From Faecousia sp. (GTDB taxonomy: Bacteria > Bacillota > Clostridia > Oscillospirales > Oscillospiraceae), in the NCBI GenBank assembly GCA_045612705.1, contig JAZKZN010000028.1, forward strand, positions 1,287 to 65,286: DNA of 64,000 nucleotides, in the 5' to 3' direction. Positions 40,295 through 50,658 of the stretch are shown here, one piece after another (positions within the stretch are counted from its first letter, which is position 1; every line of letters begins with the position of its first letter). Made by a program: the position numbers and the translations under genes. The notes below the pieces were generated by a model, which ran no database searches, had not been told where the DNA came from, and saw only the letters and a program-made list of their open reading frames with translations.

Positions 40295-41668
40295 ATGTTA
40301 GAAATATCCAACAAGACCAACCTATTGGAGCAGAAGTCCTATAAGTACTCTCTGCAGGATATTGCCGAACCCAATCTGCAACGGGACATTTATACGGAGG
40401 GTATGGTACCCAAGGTGTCCTTTAACCACCGCCGCGTGCCTCTGAATATGCCGGAGGAGATCTGGATCACCGATACCTCTCTCCGTGATGGTCAGCAGTC
40501 TGTGGAGCCCTACAGTGTGGATCAGATTGTGAAGATCTATAAGCTGCTGAGCAAGCTGGGCGGTCCTTACGGCGTGATCCGTCAGACAGAGTTCTTTATC
40601 TACAGTCAGAAGGACCGTACTGCCATTGAAAAGTGTATGGAACTGGATCTGAAGTTCCCGGAGATCACTACCTGGATTCGGGCCAGCAAGGAAGACTTCA
40701 AGCTGGTGAAAGATATCGGCATCAAGGAGACCGGTATACTGGTCAGCTGCAGCGACTATCACATCTTCAAAAAGATGAAGATGACCCGAAAGCAGGCATT
40801 GGAGCATTATCTGGCTGCCGTATCCGATGCCTTTGAGGCCGGGATTATGCCCCGCTGCCATTTGGAAGACATCACCCGGGCAGATTTTTACGGCTTTGTC
40901 GTGCCGTTCGTCAACGAACTGCAGAAGCTCTCCCGGGATGCAGGTATTCCCGTGAAGATCCGCGCCTGTGATACCATGGGCTACGGCGTTCCCTATACGG
41001 AAGCGGCTCTGCCCCGAAGCGTTGCCGGTATTATCTATGGCTTGCAGCACTATGCCGATGTACCCAGCGATATGCTGGAGTGGCACGGACATAACGATTT
41101 CTACAAGGCTGTGGCTAACGCCTCCACCGCCTGGCTCTACGGCGCATCCGCCGTCAACTGCTCGCTGCTGGGTATCGGTGAGCGCACTGGCAATATCCCC
41201 CTGGAGGCAATGGTCTTTGAGTACGCATCTCTCCGTGGCTCTATGGATGGTATGGATCCCACAGTGATCACAGAGATTGCTGAGTTCTTCCAGAATGAGA
41301 TCAATTATCCTATCCCGGATATGACTCCTTTTGTGGGCCGCAATTTCAATGTCACCCGCGCCGGCATCCACGCCGACGGCCTGATGAAGGACCAGGAGAT
41401 CTACACCATCTTCGACACTGAGAAGCTCCTGAACCGGCCTGCCACCGTGCAGATCGGCAAGGCTTCCGGCTTGGCAGGTATTGCTTACTGGATCAATCAG
41501 AATTACCGCCTGCAGGATGACGAAAAGCTGGAAAAGCGGGATCCGCTGGTATTGGCGCTGAAGGAGTGGATCGACAAAGAATACGAGGACGGCCGGCAGA
41601 CCGTGCTGTCCAACAAAGAATTGGAAACTAAGATTGCCGAACTGGCACCCGGCAGATTTAAGGGGTAA
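40295..41668 (+). CDS. DRE-TIM metallolyase, probable Re-citrate synthase
   Basis: ITDTSLRDGQQ, HGHNDF, GIGERTGN, RAGIHADG; operon with aconitase and Idh. Confidence 0.8.
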   Translation: MLEISNKTNLLEQKSYKYSLQDIAEPNLQRDIYTEGMVPKVSFNHRRVPLNMPEEIWITDTSLRDGQQSVEPYSVDQIVKIYKLLSKLGGPYGVIRQTEFFIYSQKDRTAIEKCMELDLKFPEITTWIRASKEDFKLVKDIGIKETGILVSCSDYHIFKKMKMTRKQALEHYLAAVSDAFEAGIMPRCHLEDITRADFYGFVVPFVNELQKLSRDAGIPVKIRACDTMGYGVPYTEAALPRSVAGIIYGLQHYADVPSDMLEWHGHNDFYKAVANASTAWLYGASAVNCSLLGIGERTGNIPLEAMVFEYASLRGSMDGMDPTVITEIAEFFQNEINYPIPDMTPFVGRNFNVTRAGIHADGLMKDQEIYTIFDTEKLLNRPATVQIGKASGLAGIAYWINQNYRLQDDEKLEKRDPLVLALKEWIDKEYEDGRQTVLSNKELETKIAELAPGRFKG

Positions 41669-41682
41669 AGGGAGGAACAGAT

Positions 41683-42324
41683 ATGACTACATTTCACACC
41701 ACATCTCTGGCAGACCAGGTGTTTGAAAAGCTGGAAAATGACATTATTCACGGCGTCTATCCTCGGGGGGAAATCCTCACGGAGCTGAAGCTGGTGGAAC
41801 AACTGGGCGTGAGCCGCACCCCCATTCGGGAGGCGCTGCGCCGATTGGAGCAGGAACGGCTGATTACCGACACCGGTAAGGGCTCTATGGTTCTGGGCAT
41901 TACCGCCGACGACCTGCTGGATATTATGAACATTCGGGAAAAGATCGAGGGTTTGTCTGCCTACTATGCCTGCATCAATATGACCCCGGAGGGCCTGAAG
42001 GAATTGGAGCACATCATCGATCTGCAGGATTTCTACTACGCAAAGTGGGACACGGAGCACCTGCGCCAGGCGGACGATATGTTCCATGATGCCATCTGTG
42101 AGCTGAGTCAGCGCACAGTGATACGAGACACTCTGGTGCCCTTGCACCGCAAGACCAGACGCTACCGCAAGACCGCTATGGAAAATAAGGAGCGGGCATA
42201 TAACTCCCTGCAGGAGCACCACGCCATTCTGGCGGCAATGCAATCCAGTGATCCGGAGCAGGTGAAGAAGGCTATGGACAGGCACATTGAGAAAGTGAAA
42301 GAGAATATGCTGGAGGGTATGTAA
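41683..42324 (+). CDS. GntR family regulator (FCD domain)
   Basis: LGVSRTPIREAL; FCD motifs FH and EHHAI. Confidence 0.9.
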   Translation: MTTFHTTSLADQVFEKLENDIIHGVYPRGEILTELKLVEQLGVSRTPIREALRRLEQERLITDTGKGSMVLGITADDLLDIMNIREKIEGLSAYYACINMTPEGLKELEHIIDLQDFYYAKWDTEHLRQADDMFHDAICELSQRTVIRDTLVPLHRKTRRYRKTAMENKERAYNSLQEHHAILAAMQSSDPEQVKKAMDRHIEKVKENMLEGM

Positions 42325-42325
42325 T

Positions 42326-44254
42326 ATGGGAATGACAATCGCGCAAAAGATCATTGCCGCCCACAAGCTTGAAGGAGATATGACCCCGGGCAGCCAGGTG
42401 GCGCTGCGGATCGACCAGACGCTGACCCAGGACGCCACCGGCACGATGGCCTATCTGGAATTAGAGACGATGGGTATTGACCGGGTAAAGACAGAGCTGA
42501 GTGTGGCCTATGTAGATCACAACACCCTCCAGTCCGGCTTTGAAAATGCCGATGACCATCGGTATCTGCAGACCGTGGCGGCAAAGTATGGCGTGTATTT
42601 CTCCCGTCCCGGCAATGGCATCTGCCATCAGGTTCACCTGGAGCGGTTTGGCAAGCCCGGCAAGACCTTAATCGGTTCCGACAGCCACACCCCAACCGGT
42701 GGCGGCATCGGTATGCTAGCTTTCGGCGCAGGCGGTTTGGATGTGGCCGTTGCCATGGGCGGCGGTGCTTACTACATCAATATGCCCAAGATGTTCAAGG
42801 TGGAGCTGACAGGTAAGCTGAGACCCTATGTGACCGCCAAGGATGTGAGCCTGGAGTTGCTGCGAATCTTGTCCGTCAAGGGCGGCGTTGGCGCTATTAT
42901 TGAGTGGGGCGGCGAGGGTGTAAAAACACTGTCCGTTCCCGAGCGCGCTACTACCACCAATATGGGTACAGAGCTGGGCGCTACTACCTCTATCTTCCCC
43001 TCAGACGAGACCACTCGCGCCTTCCTGAAGGCCCAGGGCAGGGAAGAGGACTATATCCCCCTGTGCAGCGACGAGGATGCGATCTATGACCGGATTATCC
43101 CCATCGATCTGTCGGAACTGAAGCCTATGATTGCCTGCCCCCACAGTCCCGACAATGTGGTCAGCGTAGAATCTATTGCAGGCACCAAGGTAGACCAGGT
43201 GTGTATCGGCTCCTGCACCAATTCTTCCCTCTATGATATGCTGAAGGTGGCATCGATGCTGAAGGGCAAGACCATCCATCCCAGCGTGAGCCTTTCCATC
43301 TCTCCCGGCTCCAAGCAGGTTCTGCGGATGCTCTCCGATTGCGGCGCTCTGAGCTACATTCTGGCCAGCGGCGCCCGGGTGCTGGAGTGCGCCTGCGGCC
43401 CCTGCATCGGCATGGGCTTTTCTCCCAACTCCGGCGGCGTGAGCCTGCGTACCTTTAACCGGAACTTCCTTGGCCGCAGCGGTACCAAGGATGGTCAGGT
43501 GTATCTGGTATCTCCGGAAACTGCCGTGGCGGCAGCGCTCACCGGCGTGATCACCGACCCCACCACATTTGAGCCTATGGAGCCGGTGGTTATACCCACC
43601 AGCTTTACCGTGGACGATTCTGCAGTCCTGGCGCCCTTGTCCCCCGAGGAGGCAAAGGATGCTCAGGTACTGCGCGGCCCCAATATTAAAGAGTTCCCCA
43701 AGAGCAAACCATTTGAGGACACGCTGAACGCGGAACTGGTGCTGAAGGTGGGCGACAATATCACTACCGATCACATTATGCCCGCAGGCGCCAAAATCCT
43801 GCCCTACCGCTCCAACATTCCGTTTTTGTCCCAGTTCTGCTTCTCGGTCTGCGATCCGGACTTCCCGGAACGGGCCAAAGCAGCGGGCGACGGCGTGGTG
43901 ATCGGCGGCAGCAACTACGGCCAGGGCTCTTCCCGTGAGCACGCGGCTCTCGTGCCGATGTATTTGGGCATCCGGTGCGTGATCGCCAAGAGCTTTGCTC
44001 GTATCCACATTGCAAATCTGATTAACGCAGGTATTTTGCCTCTGACCTTTGCAGATCCTGCCGACTATGACACCCTGGACCAGGGCAGCAAGCTCACCTT
44101 CAAGGATTTGAAGACCGGCATTGCCACCGGCAACGTGGTGATGGTGGAAGAGTCTACCGGTCGGGAGATTGCCCTGAAGGGCGAGTTCACCCAGCGCCAG
44201 CAGCAGATCCTGCTCTGCGGTGGCTTACTGAATTACACAAAGGAGAATAGCTGA
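42326..44254 (+). CDS. Aconitate hydratase
   Basis: GICHQVH, GSDSHT, IGSCTN, CGPCIG, RTFNRNF, GQGSSREHAA. Confidence 0.93.
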   Translation: MGMTIAQKIIAAHKLEGDMTPGSQVALRIDQTLTQDATGTMAYLELETMGIDRVKTELSVAYVDHNTLQSGFENADDHRYLQTVAAKYGVYFSRPGNGICHQVHLERFGKPGKTLIGSDSHTPTGGGIGMLAFGAGGLDVAVAMGGGAYYINMPKMFKVELTGKLRPYVTAKDVSLELLRILSVKGGVGAIIEWGGEGVKTLSVPERATTTNMGTELGATTSIFPSDETTRAFLKAQGREEDYIPLCSDEDAIYDRIIPIDLSELKPMIACPHSPDNVVSVESIAGTKVDQVCIGSCTNSSLYDMLKVASMLKGKTIHPSVSLSISPGSKQVLRMLSDCGALSYILASGARVLECACGPCIGMGFSPNSGGVSLRTFNRNFLGRSGTKDGQVYLVSPETAVAAALTGVITDPTTFEPMEPVVIPTSFTVDDSAVLAPLSPEEAKDAQVLRGPNIKEFPKSKPFEDTLNAELVLKVGDNITTDHIMPAGAKILPYRSNIPFLSQFCFSVCDPDFPERAKAAGDGVVIGGSNYGQGSSREHAALVPMYLGIRCVIAKSFARIHIANLINAGILPLTFADPADYDTLDQGSKLTFKDLKTGIATGNVVMVEESTGREIALKGEFTQRQQQILLCGGLLNYTKENS

Positions 44255-44255
44255 T

Positions 44256-45368
44256 ATGGAACATATTGAAAGAGCAAAGGCCCATTTTCAGGCCCTGCTG
44301 GAAGCACAGTTCAAACGCCTGGAGACTATGGATAAGCCCCGCAAGGATTTTGCCAAGATGGATAAGATCACCATCGGCGTCTGTGGCGGCGACGGCATCG
44401 GTCCCATCATCACCCGGCAGGCTACCCGCCTTTTGGAACATCTGCTGAAGGATGACATCGCCTCCGGTAAAGTGGAGATCAAGGTGATCGACGGTCTGAC
44501 CATCGAAAACCGTCTGGCTGTGAATCAGGCTGTGCCTGCCGATGTGCTGGATGAGATCAAGACTTGCGATGTCCTGCTGAAGGGCCCCACCACCACCCCC
44601 AACGGCGGCACTATGGAAAGCGCCAATGTGACGCTGCGCCGGGAATTGGACCTGTACGCCAATGTCCGTCCTGTGAACATCCCGGAGCTGGGTATTGATT
44701 GGATGTTCTACCGTGAGAATACCGAGGGTGAGTATGTGCTTGGCAGCAAGGGCATTGACCTGCCCGGTATGGCCGTGGACTTCAAAGTGACTACTGATGC
44801 CGGCACCAAGCGGATTGCCCGGGCGGCCTTTGATTACGCCAAGCAGAACGGCAAGACCAAGGTGACGGTGGTCACCAAGGCCAATATTATGAAGAAGACC
44901 GACGGTAAGTTCTCTGACCTGTGCAAGGAGATTGCCGCGGAGTACCCCGGCATCGAGACCGACGAGTATTACATCGATATTATGACGGCAAAGCTGCTGG
45001 ATGAGCGAGTGCGCAACCAGTTCCAGGTCTTTGTGATGCCCAACCTGTACGGCGACATCATCACCGACGAGGCTGCCCAGATCCAGGGCGGTGTTGGTAC
45101 CGCCGGTAGCGCCAACATCGGTGATCAGTATGCTATGTTTGAAGCCATCCACGGCTCTGCGCCCAGAATGCTGGAGCGGGGTATGGGCGATTACGCCAAT
45201 CCCTCCAGCATCATCAAAGCCGGCGCTATGCTCCTGCGGCACATCGGTAAAACTGCAGAGGCGGGAAAGTTGGAGTACGCCCTGGAAAACTGCCCGGTGG
45301 TCATCACCGGCAAGACCGACGGCCCTAACGCAATCCAGTATACCGACGCGCTGCTGGCGATGCTATAA
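44256..45368 (+). CDS. Isocitrate/isopropylmalate dehydrogenase family (probable Idh)
   Basis: GDGIGP, RENTEGEY, NLYGDIITD, FEAIHGSAP. Confidence 0.88.
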   Translation: MEHIERAKAHFQALLEAQFKRLETMDKPRKDFAKMDKITIGVCGGDGIGPIITRQATRLLEHLLKDDIASGKVEIKVIDGLTIENRLAVNQAVPADVLDEIKTCDVLLKGPTTTPNGGTMESANVTLRRELDLYANVRPVNIPELGIDWMFYRENTEGEYVLGSKGIDLPGMAVDFKVTTDAGTKRIARAAFDYAKQNGKTKVTVVTKANIMKKTDGKFSDLCKEIAAEYPGIETDEYYIDIMTAKLLDERVRNQFQVFVMPNLYGDIITDEAAQIQGGVGTAGSANIGDQYAMFEAIHGSAPRMLERGMGDYANPSSIIKAGAMLLRHIGKTAEAGKLEYALENCPVVITGKTDGPNAIQYTDALLAML

Positions 45369-45372
45369 AACA

Positions 45373-45406
45373 AAAAGGTTTCCCCGGCTTCGGGGAAACC
45401 TTTTTG
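45373..45406 (+). terminator. Intrinsic terminator
   Basis: aaaaggtttcccc-ggcttc-ggggaaacctttt. Confidence 0.8.
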
Positions 45407-45510
45407 TCCCGGGTAAGGGGAAAGACGCGGCAGCGCAACTGTTTTTGATTGCATTTCTATCGCCTGTGTGCTATAATTTTATCACAGCTTAGGAAAGAGA
45501 GGTACATACT

Positions 45511-46248
45511 ATGCCGTTTATGGATCCTGATTCTTATGTGACAATTGGTACCGGCAACGCAGCCGGCGTGATTGGTCTTATCGTTGTTATTTATTTGATT
45601 GTGGTTCTGGCAATCGCTTTGTTTGGCATTGTTAGCTATGTGCTGCAAGCGCTGGGTATGTATACCATCGCTGAGCGCCGGGGCATTCGCAACGGTTGGT
45701 TGGCATTTATTCCCTTTGGCGCGGCCTGGATTCTGGGCAGCATTGCGGACCAGTACCAATATGTGGCAAAGGGCAAGGTCAAGAACCGTCGCAAGTGGCT
45801 TTTGGGCCTGAATATTGCCCTCGTTGTGGGATATTTTGCCTGGTTCATTGTCTTTATGGCAACAGGCATCTTTGCAGCCCCTGGTGCGGGAAGCGAAAAC
45901 ACCGCGATCGCAGTCGCCGTCATTGGCGCTTCGGTATTTTTTGCGCTGGCTATCGTGTTGTACGTGGTTTACTACATCAGCCTGTATAACTTGTTCGTCT
46001 CTTGTGAGCCGGACAATGCAACGCTCTATCTGGTGCTGGGCATTCTGTTCTCGGTAGCGCTGCCGTTCTTCATTTTTGCCGCCCGGAAGAAGGACAACGG
46101 TATGCCCCCCAGAAAGGTAGAATCTGTTGCCCAGATCGCCGAGCCGGTGGCAGAGGCTGCCGAGCCTGCAGAAGAAGCTCCTGCTGAGGAAGAATCCGCG
46201 CCTACGGAAGAAGGGTTTGCCAACCCCGAAGAGTTTGAAGAAGAATAA
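45511..46248 (+). CDS. Hypothetical membrane protein with acidic C-terminal tail
   Basis: About 5 TM segments, WLAFIP motif, Glu/Ala/Pro-rich tail. Confidence 0.7.
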   Translation: MPFMDPDSYVTIGTGNAAGVIGLIVVIYLIVVLAIALFGIVSYVLQALGMYTIAERRGIRNGWLAFIPFGAAWILGSIADQYQYVAKGKVKNRRKWLLGLNIALVVGYFAWFIVFMATGIFAAPGAGSENTAIAVAVIGASVFFALAIVLYVVYYISLYNLFVSCEPDNATLYLVLGILFSVALPFFIFAARKKDNGMPPRKVESVAQIAEPVAEAAEPAEEAPAEEESAPTEEGFANPEEFEEE

Positions 46249-46279
46249 AAGAAGAAGCACCGCATTGGCGGTGCTTCTT

Positions 46280-46993
46280 TCATTTGCCGAACAGAGGCCT
46301 TGCCACCCGCTTATACAGCAGCAAGGTCAGTACAGATACGCTCACGCCCTTGATCAGATTTAACGGGGCGACAGCCAGCAGCACAAAACTCTGCAGAGAG
46401 GAGATGTTGCCGTTGATCTTACCGCCCATAGCGATAATAGCGTCAAGGGGCAGGTTGTAAAGCTGAGAGAACTTGGGAAGCAAATATACGGCGTTGAACA
46501 GGCTGCCGAAGACGGTCAAAAAGACAGTTCCCGTCACCAGTCCCCAAAGGGCGCTGATCCTGGTCTTTTTGGTGTGGTATACAATGGCTGCCGGCAGCAC
46601 CAAACTGCAGCCAACGGCAAAGTTGGCAAAATCCCCTACAAAGGCGGTAGATGTGCCTTTCAGCAGCAGTTTCAGCAGAATCTTTACTCCTTCGCATGCC
46701 ACCGCAGCAGAAGGTCCCAGGTAAAAGCCGCAGAGCATCACCGGCAGCTCGGAAAAGTCCAGCTTGTAAAACTCCGGCGCAAGGAAAACGAGGGGGAAAT
46801 CCAGCATATGCAGCACCGCCGCGATGGCGGAGCAGATGGCGATTGTACATACTCGTCGTGCCTGGGAGGTGCGCCTGGTGGCAGGCAGAAACCGTTCTGC
46901 GATCCGGGCAAGAATGCCGAGAGCGGCCATAATTCCCACGCAACACAGAAAGAATACAAGATTTTCTTTTAGCTGATTCCAAAATATTGCCAT
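46280..46993 (-). CDS. ribU: ECF S component for riboflavin
   Basis: KLDFSELP, VGDFANF, PLNLIKG; FMN riboswitch upstream. Confidence 0.88.
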   Translation of the reverse strand: MAIFWNQLKENLVFFLCCVGIMAALGILARIAERFLPATRRTSQARRVCTIAICSAIAAVLHMLDFPLVFLAPEFYKLDFSELPVMLCGFYLGPSAAVACEGVKILLKLLLKGTSTAFVGDFANFAVGCSLVLPAAIVYHTKKTRISALWGLVTGTVFLTVFGSLFNAVYLLPKFSQLYNLPLDAIIAMGGKINGNISSLQSFVLLAVAPLNLIKGVSVSVLTLLLYKRVARPLFGK

Positions 46994-47063
46994 ACAATCA
47001 CCTCATCCATAAAAATGAGCCCCGGGCATACAGATACCCAGGGCGTAAAAATACAATACAAAC

Positions 47064-47173
47064 ATCTTCTTCCATCCTGACTGTACAGTCGGTATCGGAA
47101 TTGCACCGATTCAGCGCCGAAGCGCTCGCGGACTTTTACCGCCGGTCGGGGATTGCACCCTGCCCTGAAGATA
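47064..47173 (-). promoter_or_regulatory. FMN (RFN) riboswitch
   Basis: On the minus strand: TATCTTCAGGGCAGGGTGCAATCCCCGACCGGCGGTAAAAGTCCGCGA...ACAGTCAGGATGGAAGAAGAT. Confidence 0.95.
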
Positions 47174-47250
47174 CATTATGAACTTGTGGTCAGCATAGCA
47201 TATTCTGTGCGCCTTGTCAAGGTGGCGTTTGTGTGGTACAATGAGTACGG

Positions 47251-47742
47251 CTATTCCTGGGCAGGAGCCGGGGATGGTACTTGCCCTCGCCGGATCAGTG
47301 CCTGCATAGTGCCGTTTGCCGCGGTGTTTGTAATGTCACCGCCAACGACCTGATTTTTGTAGATCAGCAGCGTGGCGTATACCGGCTCCGTTGCATCGGG
47401 ATAGTTATTGACCTTGTATACATAGCGCATAACGGTTTTGCCGGCGTATTGACTTAAGTCAAAGCCAGCGCTCTTTTGCAGCTCGTTATACCGGGCGAAG
47501 ACCTGATTCTGCTCCTGCGGGATCCGCACCTGGGAGGACTCTGTGGGCGAAGCGCTGACCTCCCAGCCCAGATCTTTCAGAAACTGCACCCGTCCGTCAT
47601 TTCCGGCTAACGATGGAGAAGCCGTAGGCGCAGAGGAGTTTCCGCCACCCAGCAGCAGAATCAGCCCAATGACGACCCCCGCCACAGCGGCCAGTGCGAT
47701 CAGTATTTTCTTAATATCGACCTTAGCGGTCATTACCATCAT
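47251..47742 (-). CDS. DUF4830-like membrane-anchored protein
   Basis: N-terminal TM; FLKDLGW, YNELQK..GFDL..YAGK, YKVNNYP, VGGDI. Confidence 0.65.
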   Translation of the reverse strand: MMVMTAKVDIKKILIALAAVAGVVIGLILLLGGGNSSAPTASPSLAGNDGRVQFLKDLGWEVSASPTESSQVRIPQEQNQVFARYNELQKSAGFDLSQYAGKTVMRYVYKVNNYPDATEPVYATLLIYKNQVVGGDITNTAANGTMQALIRRGQVPSPAPAQE

Positions 47743-47810
47743 AATAAATCCCCCCGTTCAGATTCACACTACAATGTATTCGTAATTCGGGGGCGGTAGA
47801 ACGGAGAAGT

Positions 47811-48506
47811 ATGGAACGACTAGACAAATATCTGTGCGATTGCGGCGCGGGCACAAGAAGCCAGGTGAAAACAATGATCAAAGCGGGCAGGGTGACTGTG
47901 GACGGCAGACCCGAGCGGGATGGCGGCCGGAAGATCGATCCGGATATCCATACCGTTGCGCTGGACGGTGAAGTGCTGCGTCACCGGGGCGTGGTGGTTA
48001 TGATGCTCAATAAGCCGGCAGGTTTCGTCACAGCTACGGAGGACAAATCCGAGAAGACGGTGATGGAACTGCTCCCGGCAGAGTATAAACATCTGGACCT
48101 GAAGCCGGTGGGCCGTTTGGATAAAGCTACAGAGGGCTTGCTTCTCTTTACCAATGACGGCGATCTGCTTCACAGACTGATCTCCCCCAAAAAGGAAGTG
48201 CCAAAGCGATACTACGCCCGACACGAAGGGACGGCAAACGAGGAGGATGTGGCAGCGTTCGCTCAAGGACTTACATTGGGCGATGGAACGGTTTGCCTGC
48301 CGGCAGTACTGGAACCCATCGGCCCCGGAGAAAGTTTTGTGACTGTCTGTGAGGGGAAATATCATCAGGTGCGCCGGATGCTGGCCAGCCGAGGTATGTC
48401 GGTCACTTATCTGGAACGGCAGCAGGAGGGGGCGCTCTTTTTGGGTGAACTACCCCGGGGAAAGGCCCGTGAGCTGACGGAGGAGGAACGGAAAACCCTT
48501 ATCTGA
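47811..48506 (+). CDS. rsuA: 16S rRNA pseudouridine synthase (RsuA family)
   Basis: S4 domain RLDKYL, NKPAG, VGRLDKATEGLLL, EGKYHQVRRM. Confidence 0.88.
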   Translation: MERLDKYLCDCGAGTRSQVKTMIKAGRVTVDGRPERDGGRKIDPDIHTVALDGEVLRHRGVVVMMLNKPAGFVTATEDKSEKTVMELLPAEYKHLDLKPVGRLDKATEGLLLFTNDGDLLHRLISPKKEVPKRYYARHEGTANEEDVAAFAQGLTLGDGTVCLPAVLEPIGPGESFVTVCEGKYHQVRRMLASRGMSVTYLERQQEGALFLGELPRGKARELTEEERKTLI

Positions 48507-48723
48507 TTGGCAAAATGACGAAAAATACAAGGCAGAAACCGTTGGGGTTTCTGCCTTTTTTGCCGGCCGATGCCTGCGCTCATCGGTAAATTACATAAAA
48601 AAGATGATACTTTTTGCATTAAAATGTCAAAAAGTGCTTGCAAAATGTGCAAATTAGATATATAATGACAGGACAATTTTGTGTAATACGCATTTGTGCA
48701 ATTTACTAAGGAGGCTCGGGAAA

Positions 48724-49812
48724 ATGTCTAACAGTGTTTTTCAGAGTGTGATTCAGCAATTGAAAGATGTTTCCGACCGCGTGTTTGGCGTGGTGGACAA
48801 CGAGGGCTGCGTGATTTCCTGCACAGAGGTATCTTTGCTGGGTGAGCGCTGGACTGACGCCGTGCGGAAGGTCGCAGGTGTCGGTGAACAGACCGTGGTC
48901 TTCGGTCAGAAGACCTTTCGGGCAATTATGAACAATGCCAACCTGTTTGAGTATGCTGTGTTCTGCACCGGCGACGACGAGCAGGCAAAGGTGTTCTGCA
49001 ACATGGCGTACATAGCCCTAAATGATGCAAAGACCTATTACGAGGAAAAGCACGACCGGGGCACTTTTGTAAAGAACATCATTATGGACAATATCCTGCG
49101 GGGCGATATCTATATCCGCGCCAAGGAACTGCGTTTTGCCACCGATGCTCCCCGGGCCGTATTTTTGGTGCGGCAGGTGGGCCGCAGTGACGTAGCTGCA
49201 ATTGATGTGCTGTCCGGATTGTTCCCCGATAAGCTCCAGGACTTTGTGCTGAGCATTAATGAAACGGATATTGCCGTGGTCAAGCAGCTGAACAAAGCCG
49301 CTGAGGCGGAGGAGCTGGAGGCGATTGCCCGCAATGTGGAAGATGCCCTGAAGAACGAACTGTTCATCAAGGTCGTGATCGGTATCGGTACTGTGGCGGA
49401 GCATCTCCGGGATCTGGCAGATGCCTATAAGGAAGCCCAGACTGCCATTGAGGTGGGCAAGGTCTTCGACACCGAGAAGAGCATTATCAACTATGAAAAC
49501 TTGGGAATCGGCCGCTTGATCTACCAGCTTCCCAACACCCTGTGTGAGATATTCCTTTCGGAAGTGTTCAAGAAGAGCACCATCGATGCTTTGGATCAGG
49601 AGACCCTGTTTACTATCAACAAGTTCTTCGAGAATAACCTGAATGTGTCTGAAACCTCCCGGAAGCTTTTCGTGCACCGCAATACCCTGGTGTATCGCTT
49701 GGAGAAGATTAAAAAGCTCACCGGCCTGGATTTGCGGCAGTTTGATCATGCCATTGTTTTCAAGGTCGCGCTGATGGTTCGCAAGTACCTGTCCTCCCGG
49801 GAAACCAGATGA
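48724..49812 (+). CDS. CdaR/PucR family transcriptional regulator
   Basis: C-terminal NLNVSETSRKLFVHRNTLVYRLEKI; upstream promoter TTGCAA(48638)-N17-TATAAT. Confidence 0.88.
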   Translation: MSNSVFQSVIQQLKDVSDRVFGVVDNEGCVISCTEVSLLGERWTDAVRKVAGVGEQTVVFGQKTFRAIMNNANLFEYAVFCTGDDEQAKVFCNMAYIALNDAKTYYEEKHDRGTFVKNIIMDNILRGDIYIRAKELRFATDAPRAVFLVRQVGRSDVAAIDVLSGLFPDKLQDFVLSINETDIAVVKQLNKAAEAEELEAIARNVEDALKNELFIKVVIGIGTVAEHLRDLADAYKEAQTAIEVGKVFDTEKSIINYENLGIGRLIYQLPNTLCEIFLSEVFKKSTIDALDQETLFTINKFFENNLNVSETSRKLFVHRNTLVYRLEKIKKLTGLDLRQFDHAIVFKVALMVRKYLSSRETR

Positions 49813-49917
49813 TTATCCTTTGAGCCGCACAGAACAAGTGCGGCTCAAAGTTGCGTTTTGATCAAGAAAGTTTACGGTCTGTTCACACCCTTCCAGTATT
49901 TTTCAAAGGGGGTGTTG

Positions 49918-49955
49918 TTGACAAGACAATTACAATGTATTACAATATGGTTACA
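49918..49955 (+). promoter_or_regulatory. ftsE promoter with WalR-like direct repeat
   Basis: TTGACA-N17-TACAAT; minus-strand TGTAAC-N5-TGTAAT at 49939-49955. Confidence 0.55.
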
Positions 49956-49977
49956 TTATTTTGGTGGAGAAATTGCT

Positions 49978-50658
49978 ATGATTGAGTTTACCGATGTAGA
50001 AAAATCTTATTCAGTCGGCACCCACGCCCTGCGTGGCGTTTCCATGCAGATCGAAGATGGCGAGTTTGCCTTTTTGGTAGGCCCTTCCGGTTCCGGAAAG
50101 TCTACGATTATTAAGTTGATCACCGGCGAGCTGAAGCCCACCGGCGGTACGGTTCATGTAAACGGCTACTCTTTGGAGCGGATCCGCAAGCGGGAGATCC
50201 CTTACCTTCGCCGCACCATCGGCGTTGTTTTCCAGGATTTCCGGCTGATTGATACCAAGACGGTTTATGAAAATGTGGCCTTTGCTATGCGGGCCATCGG
50301 CGCACGGGAACGGGAGATCCGGGAGCGCGTGCCCTACATTTTGCAGCTGGTCGGCCTTGAAAACAAGAGCCGCCGTCACCCTACGGAGCTGTCCGGCGGC
50401 GAACAGCAGCGGCTGGCTATTGCCAGAGCGCTGGTAAACAATCCGTCTACGATTATTGCCGACGAGCCTACGGGCAACCTTGACCCTGCCAGGTCCCTGG
50501 AGATTATGAATCTGCTGCAGGAGATCAATAACCTTGGCACCACGATGCTGGTGGTCACCCACGAGCGGGATCTGGTGGAGCGTTTTGGCAAGCGAGTCAT
50601 CGCCATCGACGAAGGTTTGGTGGTCCATGACGGAATGGATGGGTATTACAAGCTATGA
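49978..50658 (+). CDS. ftsE: Cell division ATP-binding protein FtsE
   Basis: GPSGSGKST, IGVVFQDFRL, LSGGEQQR, ADEPTGNLDP. Confidence 0.95.
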   Translation: MIEFTDVEKSYSVGTHALRGVSMQIEDGEFAFLVGPSGSGKSTIIKLITGELKPTGGTVHVNGYSLERIRKREIPYLRRTIGVVFQDFRLIDTKTVYENVAFAMRAIGAREREIRERVPYILQLVGLENKSRRHPTELSGGEQQRLAIARALVNNPSTIIADEPTGNLDPARSLEIMNLLQEINNLGTTMLVVTHERDLVERFGKRVIAIDEGLVVHDGMDGYYKL

